The notes under the pieces: model-generated
What the model was told of the DNA's origin: nothing
The model's input: the letters and a program-made list of their open reading frames with translations, nothing else
The model's database searches: none
Program-made: the position numbers and the translations under genes
Shown: positions 52,071-64,000 of the stretch, piece after piece
How positions within the stretch are numbered: position 1 is the first letter of the stretch
Layout: each line of letters begins with the position of its first letter
NCBI GenBank assembly: GCA_963575745.1
Contig: CAUYUJ010000066.1
Location: 1 to 64,000 of the forward strand
DNA length: 64,000 bases
From: Prorocentrum cordatum
Lineage: Eukaryota
Direction: 5' to 3'

Positions 52071-55000
52071 ATCTGCGAAGCGGTTGTCATTGTTCAGCTT
52101 CGGGGTCATAAATGGTGAGCAAATCTCAAGCGAAAGGCCCACCTCACCCTTTCGACCGGCTTCGGGGTGCGACAGGGAGGAGCGAGGAGGAGGAGGAGGA
52201 GGGGGATGAGGAGGAGGAGGAGGAGGAGGAGGAGGAGGAGGAGGAGGAGGAGGAGGAGGAGGAGGAGGAGGAGGAGGAGGAGGATAAGGAGGACGAGGAA
52301 TGAGGAGGATGTGGAGGATGTGCCCTCGCGCTGCCCCGCTGAGATATCTGCTCTGGAGCGGCTCCCGCTCGGAGCTCCTTCACAAACCTACCCCTGGGAG
52401 GGGCCCCTGCCCCAAGCATCCTCACGACTCTACGGCTTAAACGTGCTGGACCCAAGTCGCCCCAGGAGCGGCCGAAAACGCCCCAAGAGCGCGGGCCGAA
52501 ATGTGTCAGGCCCCATGCTGACCCCAATATGGTTCCGAGCTGGTGCCAAGGTGGCCCCCCACATGGCCCACACGATGGTCCAAGACAGGCCGATTTACTG
52601 CACAGACGGCCCAAGATGGCCAAACAACTATTCCCCGGATGCTCACAAAAAAGCCGTCTTTTGGAGAGCCATGTGTTTTTCGATTGTGTTGGCCTCCGTG
52701 TCTGTGCCGACTTCAGTTGGCTTCTCAGGCCACGAGATGGTCTGAAGAGGGCTACAGAAGAACCCCAAGACGGCCCCGAACCCTTCGTAGAGGGTCCCCA
52801 TAAGGTTACATACATTATCCCGCATGGCCCAAGAGCAACCCCTGCGGCGGCTAGTGGGAGACAGGCTCTTATATGGCTTCAAGGCGACCCCAGTGGCCCC
52901 ATGATGACCAAATGGCCCAACATGGCCCAAGACAATCCCCAAGGAACACCGTGGAGCCCCCAAGAGGCCCCTGAGAGGTCCCGGGAAGGCCCCTGAAAGC
53001 CTCCAGAGATCACCAGCGAAAGCCCAAGATGGCCAGAGTCATAAAAACAAACACACTTTTATGTCGCAGCGCGGTAGAAGAGATCCGTTCGCGCCCTATT
53101 AGCTGGGGACGCGCGGCGTACTAATTCGCAGGCAGCAAGCAAAGGAGGAAGAGGGCGGTCGCAGAAAACAGGCGGGGGAGGAGGCACTCACCGTGGAAAG
53201 AGTTCCAGGATGAGCGGCCAGTGCGGCCAGCCGATGCTGGGGCAACGTGGCAGTGGACGCGGAGCGGCGTCACGACCACACCTGGGGGCTGAAGCCAAGG
53301 CTGCAGGCGCTGAGAGTGTAGGGCAAAGCGAACCAGCACGTCAGGAGAAGCGGCGCGCGGTCCCACAGCGACATGAGTGGGAATATCCAAGTGTCCGTCG
53401 CGAAGCCGTAAGCGTCGGACTTTGCTGCAAAAGTACGGCGCCAACAGGATGCAGACACGGACTGAGAGTCTGTGGCGGGAGACGGGGCTGCGAACCGCGT
53501 GCTGCAGTGCTGAGCCCACGGGCTGCTGAGCTGCTGAGCTGCTGAACTGCCGCAGCGCTGCAGCAGGGCGAGCAGCCACCTGCCAACGCCAGGGGAGGCC
53601 CAGGCGGCGGGGGGCGGCAAGAGCAGGGGATAGAGAGGAGCCACCGAGGCGGCTGGTGCACGCATCACCGCCTGGCGGTGCGGGGGCGCCTGGTCACAGG
53701 GCTGGCCAGGCAGGGGCGCCGAGCTGCAGAGGCGGCACGCGGTGCGGCGAGAGCGCGGGGAGGGGCCGCCCAGAGCGCAGCCGGCGGGGGCAGCGCGCAG
53801 GACAGCACCAGGCGCGCAGCACGGCTCACTGGTACCTGCGCGAACAACATGGCGCCTCCAGGAGCTGCACCGGGAGCGCCACCCGGACACCTCAAGCACG
53901 TCACTTGCACTGTAGCACCTGGTCGGTAAACATAACCGAGCGCCCCGGATGATAAAGCATTCCCCCTTCAGACCTGAGAGTTGAAATTCCTGGGCCAAGA
54001 CAGAGTTGGTCGAGGGAAAGGGCCCGCCAGGCCGAACTTCATTAGTGATCACCGGGGCAGCTACGAATGGAAATTTATATCTTCTCATGTTGAGTAGCAG
54101 CACTATCGCGAACGTGTGGCAAGTAAAAGGATTCTCACCATTTCAGCTTTCCAAACTTAAGAACGTGGGGCAGGGCTATGGGGCTCTCACCATGTCACCC
54201 AGGAAAAGCTCTCGCGGCAGCCCAGGCGTGCACCAAGTGCTTGCCCAGCATGAGCGGCTCCAGCGGGTGCCGAGGCTGTATGGGCGAACGCTTCGAGACA
54301 GTTCGCAAGAGAGGCTTCTTGGCGCGCTCCGCCAAGGACCTCCTAGTACACGGCGAGCTCGAAGCCCCTGACGAGCAACACCGAGGTGCTGGGGTCCGAG
54401 AGCCTCGAGGTGCAATCACTAGAGAATCGCATCCGTACATGCAAGTTCTGAAGCCCTCCGAGGGAACCATCCCATCCCTACCTCCGTACGTACGAGCTGC
54501 TGGGAAAAAGAATTGATTATCCCCCCGAGCCCCGATTTTTATCATCCCCCGGGTGTGATTATAGTAGTGAAAGAGAGAGGAGCATCCACCCTTGAGGGTG
54601 GACGCGCCTAGCAGGGCGGGGAACGAGAAAGGAAAGGGGGCCGAATCACCTCGGGGGGCCAGCACGCTTTCCAGGAGCACCTGATCGGTGCAACATCTTT
54701 TTGTTAGCTCTTTCTCTCGGGGACTGTACAGCGAGAAGGTCTTTGAGTAACTACGTCTTGCGTGTAATGCCTTCGCGATGCCGCAAGGCCCGCGCAACGC
54801 AACAAAAACAGGCCACCAGCGCACACCATCTGTCCAGGGTCGGCTGGGCCTCAGCCGCCTGCCCGTGGGCGCAGCGGCTTGATCGCGGGAGGGCCCGCCT
54901 GATCGACCAAGCCTGCATTCAACAAAAAACAACTAATTCGAGACACCCGTCCGACCAAGCTGAGGGGGGACCGTCGAGTGCACGGGCCCGTCGCGGGCGC

Positions 55001-55155
55001 CGCAGCTGCTGACTTCGGCAGCCTCTGCCAAATAGGGGCGCCCTGCGCCCCCCGGGCCCCCGCACCAGGCGCGCGCGCGCAGCCCCGGCCCCGCTGCGGC
55101 TGGCCCTCCCGCGGGGCGCCGCTCGGCACCTGCGCGGTGGCAAGGGGTCCCTCGC

Positions 55156-55968
55156 TCAGGCCTTCGGCCCCCTGCCGCGAGAGCTGGCGGCCGGCACACC
55201 GTCGTAGCACGCGTCTGGCTCCCCGCCGTCCGCCACCACATACGGGCCTATGCTCTCGCAGAACCCACGGGGGTCCTCCGTGATCTCGCCCAGCCGGCTG
55301 CAGACCAGGCTGTCCTGGCCACAGGGCGACAGCGCGGACGCCGCCCTTCCAGCCTCGTAGAAGCTCTCCCGGCAGGCGTCGAACCAGCGCGCGCAGAAGT
55401 CGGGGCAGAGGACGACCCGATCCGACTGCGACTTGAGACCGGTGCCCACATCCCCGTCGCACGGGGAGCACATCGCGAGCCGGGTCATCCGGCCGCACCT
55501 GCCGGAGGCGCTGTGGGAGAACGGCGCGTAGCGCACGAGCGCCTCGCGGGTATGGTTGCCCTCGCAGCACGTCCTCCCGTGGTGCTCGGCGCAGAACCTC
55601 AGGCCCTGACCGCTCCTGACCACCTACCAGACCACCCCAACCTAAGCCGAAGACCCAAGTTTCGGGTTGGCGGGGGCACGGGCTCCACGTGTTTTTTCCG
55701 ATGTTCCCCGACCGCCCCCCCCCACTGGAAATCAAGGGTAAATTTGGGCCTTCGGGTTGGGTTGGGGCGGTTTGGTGGGTGGCGCGCTCCTGTCCATCGG
55801 CACCGCGGCGCCGCTGAAGCCCAGCGCCGCCGAGCAGCGCCCCCTCTCGCCGGGCACGGGCCCCGCGCCCGCGGCCGTCAGCCGCAGCGCTGCCAGCGCC
55901 GGCAGCAGCGCGAGCCTCGGCGCCCGGGCGGCACGGGCGGTCGCGACGGGCGGCGTGGCGCGGGCCAT
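55156..55968 (-). CDS. Secreted folate-receptor-domain (Folate_rec-like, Cys-rich) protein, copy 1; exons 55968-55790 and 55615-55156
   Basis: Signal-peptide-like LALLPALAALRLTAAGA; FC..H.GRTCC...C....CSPCDG.VG....LC.DFC.RWFDAC..SFY....LSPC...SLVCS.L.EI......FCE pattern. Spliced length 212 aa; a further 3' exon via the AAG|GC donor is possible. Confidence 0.82.
55616..55789 (-). mobile_element. Introner: GA-AG intron with 43-bp TIRs and an 8-bp direct repeat (also at 58787-58960 and 61952-62127)
   Basis: TIRs 55620-55662 and 55740-55782 (36/43 complementary); CGCTCCTG at both 55611-55618 and 55785-55792; in-frame stop inside. Confidence 0.8.
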
Positions 55969-56038
55969 GGCCGCGCAGGGCTGGTCGGCGATCCTCGGGG
56001 CGTGCGCTGGCGCCAGCGTGCGCTTGCTCAGCAGAGCT

Positions 56039-56056
56039 CTTGAGCCAAAGGCTACG
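56039..56056 (-). promoter_or_regulatory. Relict dinoflagellate spliced leader (also at 59210-59227 and 62377-62394)
   Basis: CGTAGCC--TTTGGCTCAAG vs DinoSL DCCGTAGCCATTTTGGCTCAAG, ~70 nt upstream of the ATG and on the sense strand. Confidence 0.8.
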
Positions 56057-58326
56057 CATCACAGGAAAGACATGAAAAAGGTTCCATGATGTCGGCCTTT
56101 CTGCCTCTGCGGGCTGCAAATGGTCTTCTGGGCCCCCGTGGTGGCCCCACCCCGAGAGGCCCAAGAGGGCTCCAAGAGAGCCCCCCAGAGCACCAAGACA
56201 GCCTCAAGAGGTCCCATGACGACGCCAAGGTGGTCCAAGACAGACCCCACGAACCCTCCACGTGGCCCCACTAAATCCCTGAGGCGCCCCTGAGAGAACC
56301 CCATAAGGTGGGGGTGGTCAGAGACATAGGAGAACATAAGAAATTCAATGATTTTGGGCCTTTTGCCTCCGCGGGCCCCAGGTGCCCCTAGAGAGGGCCC
56401 CAAGAGGGCTCCAAGAGAGCCCCCCAGAGCACCAAGACAGCCTCAAGAGGGCTCATGACGACTCCAAGGTGGTCCAAGACAGACCCCACGAACCCTCCAC
56501 GTGGCCCCACTAAATCCCTGAGGCGCCCCTGAGAGGCCCCGGATAGCCCCCAGAGTCATTCCGAATTCTCCCGGTATCATATGTCCAGGATCGTATTAAA
56601 ACAAGGACTTGTCTTACATGACTGTGGTGTTCCTGCCTCTGCGGGGACCCCCAGGGGCCCTATCGCAGGAAGATGAGCCCCGACCTCGCCCTCTCGACCT
56701 CCTCTCCCCCTCCCCCGCCCACCACTTTCAGAGGTCTTTGTCAGTCTCTTGAGTTCGCAGGGCCCCGAGAGGCCCAGCAGCGGGGGACCAGCGGGAGCCA
56801 GGCACCAAGATTACCCCACGATGCCTCGAGATGACCCGAAGGTGGCCCAAGACAGTGTAAAGCCAGTTGGAAGACCCAACCTTGCTTCTTGTATCGTATG
56901 AGCGATAATGCCAAAGATAGGGCATGGCCGCGTGAGCGGCGAGAGAGCATCTCAAGAGTAAGATTGCGGGCCGATGTCAGATAGCGGGCCGCGGTGCGAC
57001 CCGGTCAAATTAGCGGCTGGTCGCTTGGGCCCAAGCGGCCGCGGACGAACGCTCGATACCTCTCGCCTTTGCCCTTCCTCCTTCAGAGTCGGGGTGGGGA
57101 GAAGACGAAGCGTGAGTCCGCTACCTGCCTTACTCAGCCAAACAGCTCTATTCCAAAGGAAAGGCAGCAGCCAGCGGGCTCAACCTTAGCAGGTTACCCC
57201 GAAGGTGGCCCAAGACAACCCCCAAGAAACCTCGAGGTAGCCCGAAGGCGGCCCACAGGAGGCCCGAACGAGCCCCTGAGAGGACCCCAGGAGGCCGCCT
57301 CCAGAAGCCTCCCTAAGACCCCCAAAATACACCCCGACAGCCCTGAAAAGGGCTTCTCAAATTGCCTTCTCGTACTTTTGGCCTTCGACGGCGAGACTCG
57401 GCTGGGGGCGTGATCCGCTGAGTGTTGCACTCAATCTGACAAGCGGCAGCTTCTCCCCCACGCGAGCTTCACGCAACAGATGGGGGCACCACCGCTCAAC
57501 AAATCCCAATGCCCACGAGCACGCACGCAAATTGCAAGCACGACGCAATGTGGGCCCGCGGAATGAAACAAACGAACAAACCATGTTCGGCGGTCCCCCT
57601 GCGGGCCCTCGCCGTGCAGACCCACGCGGGTTGACCAAGATATGGAAGAGTATGGATTGAGATGCATGCGTAAATGCATGCTTGGAACGGCTTCGTGCAT
57701 TCCGCCGGTCCGAAGAAGCCCGATGACGGCATCCGCAGGCCAGAGCGCGGGGATTACATGAGGATTGCCGAATCGCTTGAGACGTCCTCGAGAAAGGAAA
57801 GGGGGCCGAATCACCTCGGGGGGCCAGCACGCTTTCCAGGAGCACCTGATCGGTCTTTTTGCAACATCTTTTTGTTTGCTCTTTCTCTCGGGGACTGTAC
57901 AGCGAGAGGGTCTTTGAGTAACTACGTCTTGCGTGTAATGCCTTCGCGGTGCCGCAAGGCCCGCGCAACGCAACAAAAACAGGCCACCAGCGCACACCAT
58001 CTGTCCAGGGTCGGCTGGGCCTCAGCCGCCTGCCCGTGGGCGCAGCGGCTTGATCGCGGGAGGGCCCGCCTGATCGACCAAGCCTGCATTCAACAAAAAA
58101 CAACTAATTCGAGACACCCGTCCGACCAAGCTGAGGGGGGACCGTCGAGTGCACGGGCCCGTCGCGGGCGCCGCAGCTGCTGACTTCGGCAGCCTCTGCC
58201 AAATAGGGGCGCCCTGCGCCCCCCGGGCCCCCGCACCAGGCGCGCGCGCGCAGCCCCGGCCCCGCTGCGGCTGGCCCTCCCGCGGGGCGCCGCTCGGCAC
58301 CTGCGCGGTGGCAAGGGGTCCCTCGC

Positions 58327-59139
58327 TCAGGCCTTCGGCCCCCTGCCGCGAGAGCTGGCGGCCGGCACACCGTCGTAGCACGCGTCTGGCTCCCCGCCGT
58401 CCGCCACCACATACGGGCCTATGCTCTCGCAGAACCCACGGGGGTCCTCCGTGATCTCGCCCAGCCGGCTGCAGACCAGGCTGTCCTGGCCACAGGGCGA
58501 CAGCGCGGACGCCGCCCTTCCAGCCTCGTAGAAGCTCTCCCGGCAGGCGTCGAACCAGCGCGCGCAGAAGTCGGGGCAGAGGACGACCCGATCCGACTGC
58601 GACTTGAGACCGGTGCCCACATCCCCGTCGCACGGGGAGCACATCGCGAGCCGGGTCATCCGGCCGCACCTGCCGGAGGCGCTGTGGGAGAACGGCGCGT
58701 AGCGCACGAGCGCCTCGCGGGTATGGTTGCCCTCGCAGCACGTCCTCCCGTGGTGCTCGGCGCAGAACCTCAGGCCCTGACCGCTCCTGACCACCTACCA
58801 GACCACCCCAACCTAAGCCGAAGACCCAAGTTTCGGGTTGGCGGGGGCACGGGCTCCACGTGTTTTTTCCGATGTTCCCCGACCGCCCCCCCCCTCTGGA
58901 AATCAAGGGTAAATTTGGGCCTTCGGGTTGGGTTGGGGCGGTTTGGTGGGTGGCGCGCTCCTGTCCATCGGCACCGCGGCGCCGCTGAAGCCCAGCGCCG
59001 CCGAGCAGCGCCCCCTCTCGCCGGGCACGGGCCCCGCGCCCGCGGCCGTCAGCCGCAGCGCTGCCAGCGCCGGCAGCAGCGCGAGCCTCGGCGCCCGGGC
59101 GGCACGGGCGGTCGCGACGGGCGGCGTGGCGCGGGCCAT
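58327..59139 (-). CDS. Folate-receptor-domain protein, copy 2; exons 59139-58961 and 58786-58327
   Basis: Same translation as copy 1. Confidence 0.82.
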
Positions 59140-61491
59140 GGCCGCGCAGGGCTGGTCGGCGATCCTCGGGGCGTGCGCTGGCGCCAGCGTGCGCTTGCTC
59201 AGCAGAGCTCTTGAGCCAAAGGCTACGCATCACAGGAAAGACATGAAAAAGGTTCCATGATGTCGGCCTTTCTGCCTCTGCGGGCTGCAAATGGTCTTCT
59301 GGGCCCCCGTGGTGGCCCCACCCCGAGAGGCCCAAGCGGGCTCCAAGAGAGCCCCCCAGAGCACCAAGACAGCCTCAAGAGGTCCCATGACGACGCCAAG
59401 GTGGTCCAAGACAGACCCCACGAACCCTCCACGTGGCCCCAATAAATCCCTGAGGCGCCCCTGAGAGAACCCCATAAGGTGGGGGTGGTCAGAGACATAG
59501 GAGAACATAAGAAGTTCAATGATTTTGGGCCTTTTGCCTCCGCGGGCCCCAGGTGCCCCTAGAGAGGGCCCCAAGAGGGCTCCAAGAGAGCCCCCCAGAG
59601 CACCAAGACAGCCTCAAGAGGGCTCATGACGACTCCAAGGTGGTCCAAGACAGACCCCACGAACCCTCCACGTGGCCCCACTAAATCCCTGAGGCGCCCC
59701 TGAGAGGCCCCGGATAGCCCCCAGAGTCATTCCGAATTCTCCCGGTATCATATGTCCAGGATCGTATTAAAACAAAGACTTGTCTTACATGACTGTGGTG
59801 TTCCTGCCTCTGCGGGGACCCCCAGGGGCCCTATCGCAGGAAGATGAGCCCCGACCTCGCCCTCTCGACCTCCTCTCCCCCTCCCCCGCCCACCACTTTC
59901 AGAGGTCTTTGTCAGTCTCTTGAGTTCGCAGGGCCCCGAGAGGCCCAGCAGCGGGGGACCAGCGGGAGCCAGGCACCAAGATTACCCCACGATGCCTCGA
60001 GATGACCCGAAGGTGGCCCAAGACAGTGTAAAGCCAGTTGGAAGACCCAACCTTGCTTGTTGTATCGTATTAGCGATAATGCCAAAGATAGGAAATGGCC
60101 GCGTGAGCGGCGAGAGAACATCTCAAGAGTAAGATTGCGGGCCGATGTCAGATAGCGGGCCGCGGTGCGACCCGGTCAAATTGGCGGCTGGTCGCTTGGG
60201 CCCAAGCGGCCGCGGACGAACGCTCGATACCTCTCGCCTTTGCCCTTCCTCCTTCAGAGTCGGGGTGGGGAGAAGACGAAGCGTGAGTCCGCTACCGGCC
60301 TTACTCAGCCAAACAGCTCTATCCCAAAGGAAAGGCAGCAGCCAGCGGGCTCAACCTTAGCAGGTTACCCCGAAGGTGGCCCAAGACAACCCCCAAGAAA
60401 CCTCGAGGTAGCCCGAAGGCGGCCCACAGGAGGCCCGAACGAGCCCCTGAGAGGACCCCAGGAGGCCGCCTCCAGAAGCCTCCCAAAGACCCCCCAAATA
60501 CACCCCGACAGCCCTGAAAAGGGCTTCTCAAATTGCCTTCTCGTACTTTTGGCCTTCGACGGCGAGACTCGGCTGGGGGCGTGATCCGCTGAGTGTTGCA
60601 CTCAATCTGACAAGCGGCAGCTTCTCCCCCACGCGAGCTTCACGCAACAGATGGGGGCACCACCGCTCAACAAATCCCAATGCCCACGAGCACGCACGCA
60701 AATTGCAAGCACGACGCAATGTGGGCCCGCGGAATGAAACAAACGAACAAACCATGTTCGGCGGTCCCCCTGCGGGCCCTCGCCGTGCAGACCCACGCGG
60801 GTTGACCAAGATATGGAAGAGTATGGATTGAGATGCATGCGTAAATGCATGCTTGGAACGGCTTCGTGCATTCCGCTGGTCCGAAGAGGCCCGATGACGG
60901 CATCCGCAGGCCAGAGCGCGGGGATTACATGAGGATTGCCGAATCGCTTGAGACGTCCTCGAGAAAGGAAAGGGGGCCGAATCACCTCGGGGGGCCAGCA
61001 CGCTTTCCAGGAGCACCTGATCGGTGCAACATCTTTTTGTTTGCTCTTTCTCTCGGGGACTGTACAGCGAGAGGGTCTTTGAGTAACTACGTCTTGCGTG
61101 TAATGCCTTCGCGGTGCCGCAAGGCCCGCGCAACGCAACAAAAACAGGCCACCAGCGCACACCATCTGTCCAGGGTCGGCTGGGCCTCAGCCGCCTGCCC
61201 GTGGGCGCAGCGGCTTGATCGCGGGAGGGCCCGCCTGATCGACCAAGCCTGCATTCAACAAAAAACAACTAATTCGAGACACCCGTCCGACCAAGCTGAG
61301 GGGGGACCGTCGAGTGCACGGGCCCGTCGCGGGCGCCGCAGCTGCTGACTTCGGCAGCCTCTGCCAAATAGGGGCGCCCTGCGCCCCCCGGGCCCCCGCA
61401 CCAGGCGCGCGCGCGCAGCCCCGGCCCCGCTGCGGCTGGCCCTCCCGCGGGGCGCCGCTCGGCACCTGCGCGGTGGCAAGGGGTCCCTCGC

Positions 61492-62306
61492 TCAGGCCTT
61501 CGGCCCCCTGCCGCGAGAGCTGGCGGCCGGCACACCGTCGTAGCACGCGTCTGGCTCCCCGCCGTCCGCCACCACGTACGGGCCGATGCTCTCGCAGAAC
61601 CCACGGGGGTCCTCCGTGATCTCGCCCAGCCGGCTGCAGACCAGGCTGTCCTGGCCACAGGGCGACAGCGCGGACGCCGCCCTTCCAGCCTCGTAGAAGC
61701 TCTCCCGGCAGGCGTCGAACCAGCGCGCGCAGAAGTCGGGGCAGAGGACGACCCGATCCGACTGCGACTTGAGACCGGTGCCCACATCCCCGTCGCACGG
61801 GGAGCACATCGCGAGCCGGGTCATCCGGCCGCACCTGCCGGAGGCGCTGTGGGAGAACGGCGCGTAGCGCACGAGCGCCTCGCGGGTATGGTTGCCCTCG
61901 CAGCACGTCCTCCCGTGGTGCTCGGCGCAGAACCTCAGGCCCTGACCGCTCCTGACCACCTACCAGACCACCCCAACCTAAGCCGAAGACCCAAGTTTCG
62001 GGTTGGCGGGGGCACGGGCTCCACGTGTTTTTTCCGATGTTCCCCGACCGCACCCCCCCCCTCTGGAAATCAAGGGTAAATTTGGGCCTTCGGGTTGGGT
62101 TGGGGCGGTTTGGTGGGTGGCGCGCTCCTGTCCATCGGCACCGCGGCGCCGCTGAAGCCCAGCGCCGCCGAGCAGCGCCCCCTCTCGCCGGGCACGGGCC
62201 CCGCGCCCGCGGCCGTCAGCCGCAGCGCTGCCAGCGCCGGCAGCAGCGCGAGCCTCGGCGCCCGGGCGGCACGGGCGGTCGCGACGGGCGGCGTGGCGCG
62301 GGCCAT
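61492..62306 (-). CDS. Folate-receptor-domain protein, copy 3; exons 62306-62128 and 61951-61492
   Basis: Same protein; two synonymous changes (ATA>ATC, TAT>TAC) and a 2-nt longer intron. Confidence 0.82.
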
Positions 62307-63423
62307 GGCCGCGCAGGGCTGGTCGGCGATCCTCGGGGCGTGCGCTGGCGCCAGCGTGCGCTTGCTCAGCAGAGCTCTTGAGCCAAAGGCTACGCATCAC
62401 AGGAAAGACATGAAAAAGGTTCCATGATGTCGGCCTTTCTGCCTCTGCGGGCTGCAAATGGTCTCTGGGCCCCCGTGGTGGCCCCACCCCGAGAGGCCCA
62501 AGAGGGCTCCAAGAGAGCCCCCCAGAGCACCAAGACAGCCTCAAGAGGTCCCATGACGACGCCAAGGTGGTCCAAGACAGACCCCACGAACCCTCCACGT
62601 GGCCCCACTAAATCCCTGAGGCGCCCCTGAGAGAACCCCATAAGGTGGGGGTGGTCAGAGACATAGGAGAACATAAGAAGTTCAATGATTTGGGGCCTTT
62701 TGCCTCCGCGGGCCCCAGGTGCCCCTAGAGAGGGCCCCAAGAGGGCTCCAAGAGAGCCCCCCAGAGCACCAAGACAGCCTCAAGAGGGCTCATGACGACT
62801 CCAAGGTGGTCCAAGACAGACCCTACGAACCCTCCACGTGGCCCCACTAAATCCCTGAGGCGCCCCTGAGAGGCCCCGGATAGCCCCCAGAGTCATTCCG
62901 AATTCTCCCGGTATCATATGTCCAGGATCGTATTAAAACAAAGACTTGTCTTACATGACTGTGGTGTTCCTGCCTCTGCGGGCTCCCAAGGGCCTCTTGG
63001 CCTCGTGGTCGCCCCAAGGGGGGCCGCCAAAGAGCCCTGGGAGGGCTCCGACACTCCCCATAAGGACCCCCAGGGGCCCTATCGCAGGAAGATTAGCCCC
63101 GACCTCGCCCTCTCGACCTCCTCTCCCCCTCCCCCGCCCACCACTTTCAGAGGTCTTTGTCAGTCTCTTGAGTTCGCAGGGCCCCGAGAGGCCCAGCAGC
63201 GGGGGACCAGCGGGAGCCAGGCACCAAGATTACCCCACGATGCCTCGAGATGACCCGAAGGTGGCCCAAGACAGTGTAAAGCCAGTTGGAAGACCCAACC
63301 TTGCTTGTTGTATCGTATTAACGATAATGCCAAAGATAGGAAATGGCCGCGTGAGCGGCGAGAGAACATCTCAAGAGTAAGATTGCGGGCCGATGTCAGA
63401 TAGCGGGCCGCGGGGTATAGAAC

Positions 63424-63890
63424 CCAGGGGGGTAGCCTACCCTAGGCCCTACCCAAGGGCCTAGGGTAGCCTAGGGTAGGCCCTACCCAAGGCCCTAGGG
63501 TAGTCTACCCTAGGCCCTACCCAAGGCCCTAGGGTGGCCTAGGGTAGGCCCTACCCAAGGCCCTAGGGTAGACCTAGGGTAGGCCTTACCCAATGACCTA
63601 AGGTAGACCTAAGCATATAGAGCCCGGAGGGTAGGCCTACCCTAGGCCTACCCCTAGGCCTACCCCCTAGGCCTACCCTAGGCCTACCCCCTGCCCTACC
63701 CCCTAGGCCTGCCCTAGGCCTACCCCGTAGGCCTACCCCCTAGGTCTACCCTAGGCCTACCCCCTAGGCCTACCCCCTAGGCCTACCCTAGGCCTACCCC
63801 CTAGGCCTACCCCCTAGCCCTACCCTAGGCCTACCCCTAAGCCTACCCACCCCTAAGCCTACCCCCTAGGCCTACCCCTATAGGCCTGCC
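63424..63890. repeat. Palindromic satellite (CCCTAGGCCTAC / TAGGGTAGGCC)
   Basis: 10-12-nt units, inverted in the first half; immediately abuts the end of the array. Confidence 0.9.
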
Positions 63891-64000
63891 CGCCCGCCGG
63901 ATCGAGCAGACGGACCAGAACGGATCGGGTAGGATCGGGCAGGCATTAAAGTGTGGAGCATGTTCGCACTAGCACGCGTGAACCCTAACGGGCGGGTCGG

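Larger units (their letters stand above)
54624..63413. repeat. Tandem array of a ~3.17-kb gene-containing unit (~2.75 copies; units start at 54624, 57789 and 60960)
   Basis: Near-identical sequence with offsets of 3165-3171 bp. Confidence 0.95.

Noticed and set aside
53121..54103. Downstream exons of the folate-receptor gene, or a separate gene
   Set aside because: Several AG|G sites exist, but no frame gave a recognisable or consistent product.
54851..56164. 437-aa ORF (and its 58022-59335 twin) as the array gene
   Set aside because: Off-frame shadow of the folate-receptor exons; disrupted in copy 3, while the spliced protein is conserved.
63424..63890. Telomere
   Set aside because: Units are CCCTAGG/CCTAC-based rather than the dinoflagellate (CCCTAAA)n, and unique sequence follows.

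Overview
GC-rich, repeat-dense eukaryotic DNA, very probably from a dinoflagellate. This is inferred from a relict dinoflagellate spliced leader, a GA-AG intron and dinoflagellate-type CCCH/VKNTF-like motifs; the GC richness and repeat style are Prorocentrum-like. Most six-frame ORFs are artefacts of microsatellites and 'CCAAGA'-type repeats. The supportable coding content is all on the minus strand except one small fragment: (1) a ~1,450-aa DDE/CxxH transposase-like gene with an HMG-like box, reassembled across two hairpin introns (2694-7430+); (2) a frameshifted APE-RT-zinc-finger LINE embedded in (GGA)n, with no upstream ORF1 but an extra ORF after pol (~21858-27020); (3) a copia RNase H fragment on the plus strand (~38.6 kb); (4) a two-exon CCCH zinc-finger gene whose intron is bounded by a 14-nt direct repeat; (5) a ~3.17-kb tandem array (~2.75 units) of a secreted folate-receptor-domain gene, each copy with a relict spliced leader and a GA-AG intron that is itself a TIR/TSD MITE (introner). 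The main theme is transposon-derived, self-complementary introns next to a candidate autonomous transposase. All calls come from reading motifs by eye; no database search was run.
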